From assembly GCA_040437565.1 (NCBI GenBank), contig JBDOQK010000065.1:62001-126000 (forward strand): a stretch of 64,000 nt of DNA. The letters run 5' to 3'. The notes under the pieces are model-generated. The model did not search any database, was not told where the DNA came from, and was given only the letters and a program-made list of their open reading frames with translations. Numbering within the stretch: the first letter of the stretch is position 1; every line of letters begins with the position of its first letter. A program made the translations under genes and the position numbers. This DNA comes from Albugo candida (Eukaryota). Of this stretch, positions 33,396 to 48,617 are shown one piece after another.

Positions 33396-36207
33396 CCTGT
33401 TTATAATGACGATCTATACACAATATCAGCGAACGTGCGATAGTGGGTTGAGTAAAGAGCAGCAAAATCTGGCTTTTCTCAGGTAAGGGTCATCTCGAAT
33501 TCACTTGAAGAAATTGTAAGGTGCTAAACCGTCGCCTTTCTTATTTTCTATTTACACTATTACTGTCGCACTGATATTACAAAAATAATGTTAGTCCCTA
33601 CTGAGCAAGTAGTACGTGCTGTAGATTATCAATGTAACTGACATCAGGTGAGATATAAAAAGGTCGTACTATACAGTACAGTGCACATCACCTATCATCT
33701 GCAACTTCTGCGGGCCTAATTAGATTCACTACTCTGCAGACAGAAATCAGCGCACAACAAAAGAGCGATTTCAGCTGAAAGATAAATTGTAGTGCTTCAA
33801 AGCCAAAGACTCGAATTACAAATTGGATCAGTTTTAGTCGAATTAAAAAGGCTTTAGAAGTTGCAATGGTTTTCTGGATTCTACTGGTATGTTCCTATCA
33901 ATGCGTAAAATTTGGCCGCCATCAGTGCGGACCTGGCACTATTTTTGAACAAAAGAACAAGTTTAATATCTAATTATAGATAGTATACTTACAACTTCAT
34001 ACAAAAGCTGCTACAACATACATCTATACATCGGAAGCACTTCCTAGTATGGCGACGGATTGTTGCGAGCGAAACTGAGGCAACTGACTCCGGAACTGTC
34101 GCAAGCAATTCTTTCCATGTGTAAACGCAATTCTTCCTTTCATATCGTTTTGCATTTCTCCAAAAGTATTAAATGAAATTTAACTCACACTGAAACTTGG
34201 GGTAAAATATGATGAGATGAATGTCTTTTCGAACAAATCTTATTGAGCTTTGAGGCTGGCTGGTTCTGAAATATACTGTGGCCGCAGCAACTACCTGTGC
34301 CACCACATATATCCCGGCAATTGAGGCGAAGGTCAGGCGTCCAAAGATTGCGTTCCTGCAGGACGATTTTCATGCCTTTCGCTTGTCCGGCCAGAGGATG
34401 ATATATGGGGAGTACCATGGATTGTGCTGTTCCATCGGCAAACAATCCGTTCCGCATCACCGGTTGCTTTCTTCCCTGTCCAAGATTCATGCGTCGAGAT
34501 ACGTAAGCATCTTTAGCAATACTGTTCGCATTGTCGATAGCGAAGAAAGCTTTGCATTCGGAAACTGCGCATTATCCCGGACTTGCCTGTGAAGGTCTTT
34601 CGCAGTCCCCCCACCATTATATTTATTGCTGGGATATGTGATTATGGAGGCCTCGTTTGGAAGATCGNNNNNNNNNNNNNNNNNNNNNNNNNNNNNNNNN
34701 NNNNNNNNNNNNNNNNNNNNNNNNNNNNNNNNNNNNNNNNNNNNNNNNNNNNNNNNNNNNNNNNNNNGGTAAGGCACTCAGTCGATGCTATCGAATCATC
34801 CAGTCGCTTTGCTATCAATCGACCTGCCAATCCAGTGAAACGGACTTCTTGATCATTCGATAAAGTAGCATGGACAGCTCGGTTATGTAGGTACACAAGG
34901 ATTATTACTCGCAGGATCCCTATTCCGATGATCATCCTGTTTATAATGACGATCTATACACAATATCAGCGAACGTGCGATAGTGGGTTGAGTAAAGAGC
35001 AGCAAAATCTGGCTTTTCTCAGGTAAGGGTCATCTCGAATTCACTTGAAGAAATTGTAAGGTGCTAAACCGTCGCCTTTCTTATTTTCTATTTACACTAT
35101 TACTGTCGCACTGATATTACAAAAATAATGTTAGTCCCTACTGAGCAAGTAGTACGTGCTGTAGATTATCAATGTAACTGACATCAGGTGAGATATAAAA
35201 AGGTCGTACTATACAGTACAGTGCACATCACCTATCATCTGCAACTTCTGCGGGCCTAATTAGATTCACTACTCTGCAGACAGAAATCAGCGCACAACAA
35301 AAGAGCGATTTCAGCTGAAAGATAAATTGTAGTGCTTCAAAGCCAAAGACTCGAATTACAAATTGGATCAGTTTTAGTCGAATTAAAAAGGCTTTAGAAG
35401 TTGCAATGGTTTTCTGGATTCTACTGGTATGTTCCTATCAATGCGTAAAATTTGGCCGCCATCAGTGCGGACCTGGCACTATTTTTGAACAAAAGAACAA
35501 GTTTAATATCTAATTATAGATAGTATACTTACAACTTCATACAAAAGCTGCTACAACATACATCTATACATCGGAAGCACTTCCTAGTATGGCGACGGAT
35601 TGTTGCGAGCGAAACTGAGGCAACTGACTCCGGAACTGTCGCAAGCAATTCTTTCCATGTGTAAACGCAATTCTTCCTTTCATATCGTTTTGCATTTCTC
35701 CAAAAGTATTAAATGAAATTTAACTCACACTGAAACTTGGGGTAAAATATGATGAGATGAATGTCTTTTCGAACAAATCTTATTGAGCTTTGAGGCTGGC
35801 TGGTTCTGAAATATACTGTGGCCGCAGCAACTACCTGTGCCACCACATATATCCCGGCAATTGAGGCGAAGGTCAGGCGTCCAAAGATTGCGTTCCTGCA
35901 GGACGATTTTCATGCCTTTCGCTTGTCCGGCCAGAGGATGATATATGGGGAGTACCATGGATTGTGCTGTTCCATCGGCAAACAATCCGTTCCGCATCAC
36001 CGGTTGCTTTCTTCCCTGTCCAAGATTCATGCGTCGAGATACGTAAGCATCTTTAGCAATACTGTTCGCATTGTCGATAGCGAAGAAAGCTTTGCATTCG
36101 GAAACTGCGCATTATCCCGGACTTGCCTGTGAAGGTCTTTCGCAGTCCCCCCACCATTATATTTATTGCTGGGATATGTGATTATGGAGGCCTCGTTTGG
36201 AAGATCG
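33228..36207. other. Scaffold gap (34668-34767) with a 1440-bp artefactual duplicated flank
   Basis: 33228-34667 recurs at 34768-36207 (offset 1540). Confidence 0.85.
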
Positions 36208-37573
36208 CTGGGTTGAAGCTGCTTCTCTTGCTCAAAGCTAGTCGTTCTCTTTAAATCAGAAAGAAAATAACAGCTCTTGTTCAAAGTAACTAGCGAGAAC
36301 TCTAAAACAGTAGACTTAGCAACATCGATCAGGAAAGGGTAGACATGTATCGATCTTCCAGCCCCTTCTTCCGCACTTCGCCATCAAGAAGTCATAGCTT
36401 CTTCTGGCCATTTTGAGCGGAAATGTGCTTTAATCATGCGCCGCTAGGATGATGGCATCTCCGGCAAGCCAACTCTCCAATTCCATTTCCGGCTCTTCAT
36501 AGCTTATCATTCGTTCCAGAAACTTCGCACGATATGCCAAGACATCTGCTCGTTCATGAACATCAAAATACATGCCTGTACTCACTTCTGAATAGCCTAG
36601 GCCAAGTAATATCAACCAGGGACTCGCAGTGCTGAGGTGGATAGATGCGGCGCGATCAAGCTTTGGAAGTATTTTCGCGTTGATATTCTTAGTAAAATCC
36701 GTTGCATTTCGCAGAATTTATTGTTTCGAATGTAAAGCTGCCCATCTGCAATGACAACTTCATCCTCTAGTAAGCTGATTGTTTTAACATGCTATCCCTT
36801 GGGAATTTAACCAGTTTCAGGATATAAACGATCCTAGATAGAACGTTAAAAAATATAAAATAATGCGCAGGCGAATGTGCAACATAAATTACTTATACCT
36901 GACTGCTACTGAGTATAAGCCTGAAGTATCCTGCAACAGAGGCAAGACGCAACAGCATAATTTCTCACTGTGGTTTATCTCGTTTGCCCAGTTTCACAAG
37001 CGCTCTTTGAAGATTGTTGGGAGAATAAAGATGTCAATCATCTATAAAAGCCCCTTTTTTCTGCGCATCAAGTTTGCGGCGCTTTGTTCTGTTGGAATCT
37101 TCAAGATACCGAGAAAGCCGTTTGCAAGCAGACGCAATCTTCAAATATAGTGGTGTCCGCTTGCTCTTCCTCAAAATCCTCGAATTCAACTTCTAAATCC
37201 GCCTCTCTATCGCTGCTATTGTCGATACTTGAACTTGTAATATCTAACGCTTTTTTTGTCTTAAAAGCAGCCCGCATAGCTTTCATGTGACGTTGTTGTT
37301 TCGAAGGTTGAGGCATGCTGCTCAGATCAATGGGCAGCTAAAAAAAAGAAATTTGTTTTGTTGTGGAAGGAGCAGGATGGTTGGTCCCAAGATCAAATGT
37401 GGCTGGGAAAAGCTGTTGGACTGGTATTGGAGGGCTTAGTATTACACCAATCTATATATGTTGACGTTGTATGTTTGATGATTCTTCAATTCGGCCGCAG
37501 AAAATAATAATTACAGATTAGATGACATGCGCTATATAGGCTTAGAATAGCGGTCAAGTGAACTAAGGACCTA
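35560..37573 (-). mobile_element. Degenerate Tc1/IS630-like DDE DNA transposon
   Basis: Fragments GMYFDVHERADVLAYR, MNLGQGRKQPVMRNG, GQAKGMKIVLQERNLW and FYPKFQCELNFI*YFW (catalytic Glu replaced by a stop at 35709-35711). Putative terminus TA|GGTCCTTAGTTC at 37573-37560. Confidence 0.75.
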
Positions 37574-39861
37574 AATAAATTGTAATTCTCTCCCGTAAAA
37601 GTCAGGAAAGGTCAACACTAAGCCAATATTCTAAACGAAGAACACATACGAAATGCTTTTCCGCTATATTGCGTTACATTTACTTAGTTTATTTGGTAGA
37701 TTCTAAGGACACTATTCTCAAGATGCGACGTACTGGTGGGGTGCTTATTAGGACGCTGCTCCCATAAATGCATCGAGCAAGAATATCCATTGCGTATTTT
37801 GCATGGTGATATCTGTACAAAGATTTCTCACCCGTGTTCATGCAGTCAATTTCATCTTTAATTTTCTTAATGGAGTCTTCGGTGAAGTGGCATCTTGCGA
37901 TTATTATGATGTGTATTTTACGGAGCGCCTTCTTTCGAAAATTGTGGTTGCGAAGTGCAAAAAAAAAATTCAGCAAGGCAGAATGGCTGTTTATAGCATT
38001 ATTGATACTGTCTAGACGCTCATCTTTATCACAAATAATTCCTTGGAAATATTTCGAAGATGACGAAGCAAGAAAAGGATGCAATAACTGAGAAGATGAC
38101 GCGTTTTTACAAATTATGCTCTCTCCTTACGAAGGGGACACGTTGTCTAACCCCACCAGCATTGATCATTGTATACAAGATCGTGATTGTCCTACGCATC
38201 CTCTACACAAAATATCCATGCTCACGACGCTATATGCATCGACCGCTTGTTACTAGGCGAGCTGCTTGAGTAATCTACGGGGCAGAAATGAACATCTGGA
38301 TTCACAAATATTGAGCACGGAAAATTTTTTCGCAGCATAAGGTCAAGTAAAGCGTGGTAGAACGCCATCCGATGCATGAACGGCATAGAGAGATGATACA
38401 ACTCTCCCGTATCGGCCTCCTAGATGCGAATCTTTTCCAAACATTTACTGCACTCCGAAGCATAGAATACTCACTGGTAAAAGTACATCGATATATATCC
38501 AAATAATTCTCAGTCTAAAACACGAAGAATTATCGCATAACACTATTTCTGCTTTGAAGTCATTCCTATATCTGGCCACCTCAAACCACAATGAGCACTC
38601 TGTCGATTACCAGAAAAAAACCTTTTTCATGTGGTGATAATGTCAATCTGAACTTTTCCTAAACATTTATCGCTGTAAGAGCTGAAGTTGCAACGGGCAA
38701 TATTAGTCCGCCATTTGTACACAATACACTAATGTCTAAATGCCATGCCTTCCGAAGCAAGCTTGATTACAAAATCAAATTGGTGCTACCGGTCATAAAT
38801 GCAAGACCTAACTATTGAAACTTTTGCACACCTCTTCTGAGCTGAAAGATAACGATATATTTTGTTTGATCATCGAGCATATAAGTCATTTTGCCAGTGC
38901 AGAATCGAGTTCGTTATCACAATGAAACAAATGTTGTTGTCGAATGTTTGCCGGGATTTTTTTTTCTTGAACGCGTACCGCATCCTCTTCCGCGCATCCT
39001 TCGAGTGAGCAAAACTCACCATTTCATAAATGTATTTAGATATGAGCTAAATGCGAACAACTGCAACAAGATCATATCTTTTTAGGCGGATCTTTTAACG
39101 ATAGGGTTAGCTATGAATGAAATGTTGGCCTACTGGAAGTGTATCGGCGTGTACGCCTTGATGCAAAAAGATATAAGGCGCTTTTAAAGCTCAAATATAT
39201 ACTTTACCGGCTACGTCATACCACAATCACCTGCAAGCTCTACATCTGTCTATTACTCGATAACTTAAAGCAGGTTGACTTAACGGTGTCGCCAGTTTAG
39301 TACAATTCGATGCCAGTAAGAGAAGTTGAAGCGCTAGAGGGTAAAATGCTGCTTGATAATCATTTGACTAGTTCTCAAATTCCCCTCAGCAACTACCAGC
39401 TGATGAAATATCCATTCCTCTTGGCCCCTTGCAGCTGGTATCCGCTCATAATACCCGTGAACTTCCTCCTCCTTATCGAGTGGCTCTAAGTTGATCATTT
39501 AAGAAGACCAATATATCACAAATCAAGTTGATTAGCGAGAATGGAATGACTTTGAAAGCTGGGTGTGTTAGACGCTTGACGACATGAACCTCCAGTTTAG
39601 AATGCCGTTGGACGACCAGTTACACGCAGAAATAGTCTATAGCTCATCTGTGTGTCGGAAATGCTATTCAAAATGATGCACAATGATTCAGGGTATATTT
39701 GACCACGGCTTGCAGGAGATCGCTTTGCACAAACAGTCAATATTGCAAATCTAGCTGAATCACCGGTTGAGAATATTGGAAATGCTCACTAGTATTGAAT
39801 ATCACACTGATTTTAAAATATAAGCAGCATTCCTGGAATATACTCTACTATAGTGCCGACT

Positions 39862-40747
39862 CTATCTTCTATCCTCAAGTTGCCAAAGCAATCAAAGCGT
39901 AGCAATTTTGGATTTGGAACAACTTTCTACGGACAATTTCAGATTATAGTATAATGTGTGAGAGTTGAAGAACGAAATCCAAGAGAGAGGTACAATAATT
40001 CAAAAAAAAGACTATTCTAAAGCTGCAGTAGCTCAATATTTACAAAGAGGACACCAATCGATCACAGCGGTATTTTCGAATCGACTCTATAAAGTTTAGA
40101 GCTTCGGTCGGAAACAATGCCAGTTTTAATCATGTGAAAGCTTCGATAGTCATGTGAAGCATATGAAAAGCTTTTAAGAGAACTATTTTTACCCTCTGTA
40201 TGATTCTTGAAGTAGAATTCTCATCAAAAGTGTTCTAACAAATGTGGTGGCTTGNNNNNNNNNNNNNNNNNNNNNNNNNNNNNNNNNNNNNNNNNNNNNN
40301 NNNNNNNNNNNNNNNNNNNNNNNNNNNNNNNNNNNNNNNNNNNNNNNNNNNNNNCTATCTTCTATCCTCAAGTTGCCAAAGCAATCAAAGCGTAGCAATT
40401 TTGGATTTGGAACAACTTTCTACGGACAATTTCAGATTATAGTATAATGTGTGAGAGTTGAAGAACGAAATCCAAGAGAGAGGTACAATAATTCAAAAAA
40501 AAGACTATTCTAAAGCTGCAGTAGCTCAATATTTACAAAGAGGACACCAATCGATCACAGCGGTATTTTCGAATCGACTCTATAAAGTTTAGAGCTTCGG
40601 TCGGAAACAATGCCAGTTTTAATCATGTGAAAGCTTCGATAGTCATGTGAAGCATATGAAAAGCTTTTAAGAGAACTATTTTTACCCTCTGTATGATTCT
40701 TGAAGTAGAATTCTCATCAAAAGTGTTCTAACAAATGTGGTGGCTTG
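39862..40747. other. Scaffold gap (40255-40354) with artefactual duplicated flank
   Basis: 39862-40254 recurs at 40355-40747. Confidence 0.9.
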
Positions 40748-41318
40748 GCATTACACTTATGGGTAATATTTGCGTAAGATATGGGTGATTAGGATTGGTG
40801 CCATGACTTCTCCCAATAGCAGTAATACCCGTACCGACTCAGCTGATCCATGTCACTCGATTCTATACAGCTTACACTCAAGTAAGACTAATACAACGCG
40901 CTCATGCATAACCAAGATGGCGGATGTGACTAAGCACACTAGTATAATTCGCCGTATGCATAGATACCATTTTCCTTTTATAGATTGACCCAGGAATTTT
41001 TGCGCGTGAGAAGACCATGTTCACAATTCGGTAAAACTATATTCTTAACCCCGACCACAATGTCACTCAACAATCAATTTTCTTTACAAAAGAAGATCAT
41101 GATCTGATCCAGGCAATCACATAGAGGTTGCATTGATTTGTGTCGATCAGAAAGTACGCCGTAACAGTATTGGCACGTCGATTGCAGCAATTGTTACCTA
41201 AATGATCCATCGGGACCAAAAAAGTATATCACGAGAACGATCGATGCATCACCATATACGACACCTCCCGACACATATCACTTGGTCGATATTCAAGTAG
41301 TTTGAGGAAGCTCAAACC

Positions 41319-42528
41319 AAGTCAATCAGACCTACGTCTTCTGCGTTTGAAAAAATAGAGGTGGGAAAAACTTACATTTACCGGGCTCACTTTTGTACAC
41401 TGACACGAAGGCACAGAAACAATCTAATTTCAAATCTAAATATGCTACACTACTTTCAGTCCACACGGAGCAACAATTGTGCTTCCACTGCGACTAAGTA
41501 CTGCATCATAAGGAAGCAAAATATCTGGTATTTGTTGGCACGGTGAACAAACCCAACGACATATCAGAGTTTCTTTTTCTATAGCATTTGAGATCTGTAG
41601 TCTCCATATTTCTATCAGAGATTAGGACACATGGCTTACGAAGGAAGCATTTGAAGGAAATTCTGCTGCGACAAAAAGCTAAATACACCGGAAACGGATT
41701 AAAATAGTTGCGTGGCCAACTTCTTATTCCCAGTTACAGCGGCGTATCCCGTCTACCACCGACCTTATGTCGTGAATTCAAGCGAGCACGAGTGCAAGAC
41801 TTTTACTGTAAGTCTGTAGAGCAAAGAAGAAAGCCTTATCGCAACTAGTTCACATCTTTAACTTTCACGTGTCNNNNNNNNNNNNNNNNNNNNNNNNNNN
41901 NNNNNNNNNNNNNNNNNNNNNNNNNNNNNNNNNNNNNNNNNNNNNNNNNNNNNNNNNNNNNNNNNNNNNNNNNAAGTCAATCAGACCTACGTCTTCTGCG
42001 TTTGAAAAAATAGAGGTGGGAAAAACTTACATTTACCGGGCTCACTTTTGTACACTGACACGAAGGCACAGAAACAATCTAATTTCAAATCTAAATATGC
42101 TACACTACTTTCAGTCCACACGGAGCAACAATTGTGCTTCCACTGCGACTAAGTACTGCATCATAAGGAAGCAAAATATCTGGTATTTGTTGGCACGGTG
42201 AACAAACCCAACGACATATCAGAGTTTCTTTTTCTATAGCATTTGAGATCTGTAGTCTCCATATTTCTATCAGAGATTAGGACACATGGCTTACGAAGGA
42301 AGCATTTGAAGGAAATTCTGCTGCGACAAAAAGCTAAATACACCGGAAACGGATTAAAATAGTTGCGTGGCCAACTTCTTATTCCCAGTTACAGCGGCGT
42401 ATCCCGTCTACCACCGACCTTATGTCGTGAATTCAAGCGAGCACGAGTGCAAGACTTTTACTGTAAGTCTGTAGAGCAAAGAAGAAAGCCTTATCGCAAC
42501 TAGTTCACATCTTTAACTTTCACGTGTC
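41319..42528. other. Scaffold gap (41874-41973) with artefactual duplicated flank
   Basis: 41319-41873 recurs at 41974-42528. Confidence 0.9.
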
Positions 42529-43421
42529 GCTTGTAATTTTCGTTAAAGTGGAAGAGATCTGACGCAACAGATATGGAACGGTTGCGAAAACCATGGACTC
42601 ATCGAGACATTTTCAAAAGCGTGTCTCGCTGATTTTGAATATTGCACAGTTTAACCTCGATATAAGATACTATCAGTTCGATCTCGATTCTAGTTTTTAG
42701 GATTTAGAATCCGCTATTATATTGTGCACAATGTGGAGAAACGGAATCCGATCAACATCTCTTTTCGAGTACAAACGCACGGCAAAATGTTGATTATAGT
42801 ACTTCTTACTTGGGATTAGATGTTTCCCGTCCGAGTTGGACATTACTATGTGTGCTGTAAATGCTGACGATATGAGCGAAATAGAAAGATACTGAGCGAA
42901 TTTTATCTTACTTATGACTTTTGCTGTGAGCGATGACACTGCATTTCATCTGGAGAGACTAGTATTGTCAAAAATTCGACCAGCGTTCAGCATCTCCAGA
43001 AATTCCAGCGCTTTCCGTGTTAACCACTACGTTTAGTGCGCACGTTATGCAGTTACCACGATAGCGCTATGATCAAGAAGCGCATCCATGTAGATCGAAT
43101 TGCCGCATCAACTCGCTCAGTGAGAATTATTCGGTACTTTTTTTTCAAGGTGAAAGCTATTGTCACGAGTACGGAAGCCGCAAGCGCAAATAAAAGTCAG
43201 GTTTTGGTAGAACTTGGTTGGTCATGATCTCCTTTTTTTCAAAATTTTCTATCTATCAATTATTTTCAGCTGCAAGAATGGCGCCTTCAGGAGAAGAAAA
43301 CCAGTTGGTCACTGGTATTGGTCCATTGATTTCCCATCTCAGCTTGTTTTCCATTTCATCACAATGCTTCTGTAAAATGTGCCGCTATAACACTGCGTTT
43401 TTGGTAAACTAAAAGCAGATC

Positions 43422-43595
43422 TGTAGCGCCGGCAGGAGTGAGCAGAGGAAGATCTTGGTTGGCGGAGCTTTATTTGATAAAAAATGGAAAGTGGGATTTT
43501 TAATTGTAGAATCCTGGTTCACCTATCTGATTGACTAATCCAGTTCCCAAACTGTATAGAAAAATATGTACGCATGTACAATGGAGGTTGCAACA
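43422..43595 (-). repeat. 3' LTR of the Gypsy element
   Basis: tgtagcgccggcagg...ggaggttgcaaca aligns with 48446-48617. Confidence 0.92.
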
Positions 43596-43599
43596 TTCT

Positions 43600-46500
43600 C
43601 CGGATTTGACTTCTCGTTGTCGCTTATTGAAATCGTCGTTGAGAGCCTTCAATGAGAAACCTGACGAATATCTTGCTCCCGCTCACATGTAGCTTCGTGC
43701 TCGATCAATCCATGCCACTTCACGAGCCATTCAGGTTTACGATTACATTGACGCTTCTAAAGAAGCTGTTCTATGATGTGCATCGTGTCGCCACTGTCCT
43801 CGTCAAAAATAAGTCAGGATGATTTCGGAATTGGACGAGTTCGAAATCGCGTAGATTTCCCACATAGTCACTCAACACGTCAATCTTGAACGTGGAATCA
43901 AATCGACTCATACTCCGCGGAAGCTTCAATTGCGCAACATTCGAGTTGACCATTTTAATAATTTGAAATGGTCCAACCTTGCGAGCAGCTAATTTGGCGT
44001 GTTGCCCATCAATGTCTTGTGCCGCATGTTTCGCAGGAATTAGACCAGTGTCCAAGATGACCAAATCTCCAATTTTAAAAGTAATATTAGTGCGTTTTTT
44101 GTCGTAGTACTTCTTTTGACGATCCTGAGCTTAAAGTAAATGTTCCCTGGCTAGATCAATGATCTCTTGACGACGGCTTTGGAAATGTTTTGCATAATCA
44201 GCATTTCCATGTTGCACCTAAGTTGTGACGCTAGGAGACCTTAGCGGATTCAACGGTTTGCGTTCCTTGCGACTAGTATCAATTTCGAAAGGTGACATAG
44301 AAGTTGATGCACTGACGAGAGTGACATGAGCATATTCAATTGTACCTAAGTAATCGGACCAATCACATCCATGATGCTAAATCATACAGCGTAGAGCGTC
44401 TTCCAAAACTCAAATTTTGACGTTCTGTTTGTCCGTCGGCTTGTGCCCGATATGAAGATTTCATATGCAGACGAATTCCCATCAACATAGCAAGAGAAGA
44501 CCAAAACTTCGAAACAAACTTGGAATCTCGATCGCTGATATAATCGATGGTAGACCATGATGACGAACGACAGAATCAAAGAAATGACACGCTGTCACAT
44601 GGGCATCATCGTTGCAATTGCGCGCCCGGCCCGATATTTTGACCGGTTGGAGAATTTTTCGACAGCTGTCATGATAGCATCAAATCCGTTTGATTCGGTA
44701 ATCCCGTAATGAAATCGATAGAGATAACTGACCAACATCGGGATCGGAATCATTTTTCCATTCTTGCAAGCGTTGCTGTGTTTCCAGCGAGTGCATGTTT
44801 CACAACTCTGTACGTAATCTCAAACATCTAAATTTAATGTAGGCCAATGATACCATTGAGCGAAGCGTAGAAATGTTCATTGAGCACCAGGATGTGCGGC
44901 AATGTTGGAGTCATGAAAGAATACGATGATAGAAGTTCGAAGATAATTATCTTTTGTGTTTGGTACACACACGCATCATCATTTGTGACTTGAAGTAAAA
45001 CAAATCTTCGTGTTTGACATACAGTGAGTCTGGACGTTTGAATTGTCCGGCATAATATGAACAAGTACGATATCCACTGGCAACTTCCTTGTAAACCGAA
45101 CTTGACCAACCAAGCGAGCTCCAATTTTGAGATTCTTTTGTCACGTTAACAGCCACAGGCGAAGGCTCGGTAACGCTTATAGAACGCGACCGACTTGATT
45201 GTCCACGTATATCGCCATTAGTAAGCTTCAAATCACCACCATCAAAGTCGCTGATAGCATCCTTTCTCTCGAATGTATGGAAGCTTGAGGAGAATTTGCG
45301 CGGTCGAGAACATCGCACTGTTGATTGGACACGAGTGCCGTCGACAATTCGGAACCTTAACGTGATAAAGCATCGGCTACCACATTCAAATGACCTTGAA
45401 CGTGATGCAGCTTGAATGCAACTAGCGAAAACAACGTCAAAAATCGAGCCAGCTTTGGCAAAACTTTTGGATTGTGCAAAAACCATTTGCATGCAGTGTT
45501 GTCCGTGTATATTTCAAATTCGCGACCATAAAGATAATGACGCCACTTTTCCAATTCAAGCTTGATTGCATAAAGTTCTTTTTCACGTGGCGGCCAATTA
45601 ATCTCATGAATTCCCAGATTCTTGGAAAAAAATGCAATGGGATGATCGCAACCAGAATGAAGCTGAGAAAGTTGTCCACCAACACAATAGCCAGAGGCGT
45701 CTGTTGTCATGATGAATCGTTTGGCATGATCTGGTAATTTCAACTCGGTGCTTCATGAGGAGCTGACTTGCCTTGCTCAAACGCATGAGTCTGGCCATCC
45801 TTCCATTCCAAAACATATTCTTTCTTGACTAGAGGGCCAAGTGGTAACGCAAGAGTTGCGTAGTCACAAATTAAACGACGATAGTAACCAGCCAAACCCG
45901 AGAAACTTATAGTTGTCTCTGATTTGTAGGAGTTGGCCACTTCGCAATAGCATTTTTCTTCCGAGTATCCACTGTAAGTCCTTTAGCCGAAATTGTATGG
46001 CCAAGAAACTTCACTTCTGACTGGCCAAAATTACATTTGGACTGATGACAGAACAAATTCTCACGACGAAGAACTCCAAAGAGAGTTCAAGGATGGTCGA
46101 CGTGTTCATCCAGACTAGTGGAGAGCACACAAATGTCATCTAGATAGACAACAATGTATATGTATTTCGCAAAAATTACTCGCATAAGACGAGACCAAAC
46201 ACCAGGCATACCAGCTAATCTCATAGGAGCCACACACCACTGACGTTTCTGCATGTATGCGAAAGGCGGTATACTTTCGGCTTTCAAATGCGATCCGCTT
46301 TTGAGTGATAGCCTTGGGACAGATCCAGAACTGAAAAGATGACACAGCCACACATCTGATCAAAAGGTTCGTCCATGCAAGGAAGTGATATCTTCGGAAT
46401 AATCGTCTGCGAACTGACGTAACGGTAATCAATGACCCATCGAAGAGGTAGATGCGCATTGTCAGAGCGTACCTATTCGGATCGTGATTTGCTTTTCCCA

Positions 46501-48289
46501 GTAATAGGGTCCTTTTTAGGTACACCAAATATATTTGAAACCCATGGAGAGTCTGGAATTTCGATTCAACCTTTCTTGAACTTTTCCGCACCGAGCATGT
46601 GAAGTGCATATTGTTCGGCCTTGAATGGGCGAAACGGGGCACGGCTGCTAGTTATAGCTTCTGATTTCATAATGAGATCAAAGTCAATACGACGTGAAGG
46701 TGGAAGTCGATCAGGAAGTGTCTCTCGAAAGACATCTTCAAACTCCTCCAAAAGTGTAGTAATCAGTCGAGGTACCGTATCACCCTCCGTCATTAGAGCG
46801 CAGTTCTTTACGCGATAAACTTCATCGTACTCCTGGTGCTCGAATTTTCGTTTGAAGTCCACCGCAGCAATTCCCACATCAATTTCGCTACTTGTATCCA
46901 AAGTAGTGTGTGTCGAAGGTAAGCGCTGATGCGGAAATGAAATTGCGTGCGAACGCCAATCCAGTTGCGGTTGAAACTTGGTAAGCCACGGTTTGCCCAA
47001 GATGACATCATGAGCAGAACCCAACGGCCATTCCATGATTTGTAAATTGCGAAATGCAAATCGATCAAATATGATAGTTGCAACAACCTTTTTAATGGAG
47101 CGAGTCTTTGTGGAAATCAAATCTTGTAACTTGGGAGAAACCAGAGTGTGTCAATTTCTTCACCAAGCCGGGACGAACTATATTACAGGATGCACCGCTA
47201 TCAAAGATAATAGTGACAGGTGTTCCATCACAAATTCCTTGTTTACGAATAAGTTCATTCTCTGGATGCACCGGATCTATAGTCGACGTCGAAATCTCTT
47301 CCATTTCGATAATTTCCACTTCGTTCCCGGAACTTGTAATAGAAGGTAGCGAGTATGTCGCTCTTGGATACGGGGAATTATTAAAGCTTACAGCTGATTA
47401 TTCATGTCGAGTGCCGTGAGATTGCTTCTCTTTATTCTCAAGCTTGTAACATTGCTCGAGGACATGACCGGGTTTCTTGCAGTAGCGACATTTCTTCGAC
47501 GAAGAAGTTGATGGTGAGGAGCGACGATGTTTTGCATGTCCTGGTCAATCTCTATTGGTTCTAGGACATTCTCCTGCGTGCGCGGTGATGCAGTTGGTTG
47601 AGGATGATAATGCTGATTACAGTTTGCACGTGATCGCTCCTGCGAGTATACTGGTGGACGGTAATTCGTCCCGCGGACACAATGAGATCGATCATACTCC
47701 AACGCAACCTTCATGGCTCGTGAAACCGTGGAACACCGGAGGTATTGAACTTCTTCTCGCATGGGACTTACTAGTCCTCGTGTAAAGTAAGTTATCTTCT
47801 CCAACTCGCTCATGTCCGTAACTTGCATCATAGCTTCACGAAAACGGGAAATATAGACTTCCAAGTTCGGAGTGCTCTCCTGTTTGAGTGCGTACAGGTG
47901 ATCACGCAAGCGTTCTTGCAGATCAGGGGGTACAAATTCATCATTTACTTGAACGATGAGGTCTTACATGTCTTTGATATATGGCTTGTTCAACTTGTAC
48001 CAAGCTGCGGCATTCCCTTTGGAATTGGCGGTCGTGATTGCCAAAATTCGAGCCGTTTTATTGACATCGCGCCAGTCGATATGCTTTGCTCCGAAGTACT
48101 GAGCCAGGTTCTCAAAGTACAGATCGACGATTCGCCCATTTTACCATGAAATTGAGGTAACCTGATCCCTTCAACTTTTATTTCACGCTTGGTCACAGCT
48201 TCAAGCAATTGCTTTTGTTTTTCGACCAATTCGATCAATGTTTTCGTGATAGCGTCGGGGGACCATCCTTGTGGGTTCAACGACGTCAT
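43600..48289 (-). pseudogene. Frameshifted gag-pol
   Basis: Retroviral domains are split over many short ORFs by stops and frameshifts. Confidence 0.9.
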
Positions 48290-48445
48290 GATAACCTCAA
48301 AAAAGTCCAACCAAATAGAGCCGGAACAAACGACAAACACTCGGCGAGCGGCTTTCCCAATATCGTGACGCTAAACAACGCGTAAGAAAAACTCCTTCCG
48401 GACGACTGCGACCTTTGAGTTATGTGACCACCAAGTGCTATCAGC

Positions 48446-48617
48446 TGTAACGCCGGCAGGAGGAAGCAGAGGAAGCTATTTGTTGGCGTAGCTTCATTTG
48501 ATAAAAAACGGAAAGTGTGATTTTTAATTAAAGGATCCTGGTTCACCTATCTGATTGGTTAATTCAGTTCACCAACTATGTATAACTATGTATGCATGTA
48601 CAATGGAGGTTATTTCA
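48446..48617 (-). repeat. 5' LTR of the Gypsy element
   Basis: tgtaacgccggcagg...ggaggttatttca. Followed on the minus strand by gcTGATAGCAC, a possible degenerate PBS. Confidence 0.92.

Larger units (their letters stand above)
43422..48617 (-). mobile_element. Full-length but decayed Ty3/Gypsy (chromodomain-type) LTR retrotransposon
   Basis: TG..CA LTRs at both ends and TSD AGATC (43417-43421, 48618-48622). Domain order: gag, CCHC (CRYCKKPGHVLEQC), protease (FDSGAS), RT (YLDD), RNase H (TDAS...NVVADALSR), integrase, chromodomain (WLVKWHGL). Confidence 0.95.

Noticed and set aside
33228..36207. Apparent 1.44-kb tandem duplication giving a fourth mannosidase 5' end and two transposase fragments
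   Set aside because: The copies look identical and abut a 100-N gap, as at six other gaps; this is an unmerged contig overlap.
38890..39800. Possible copia-like RT remnant (ELPPPYRVALS...KLGV)
   Set aside because: Only a faint resemblance; no recognisable catalytic motif or LTRs.
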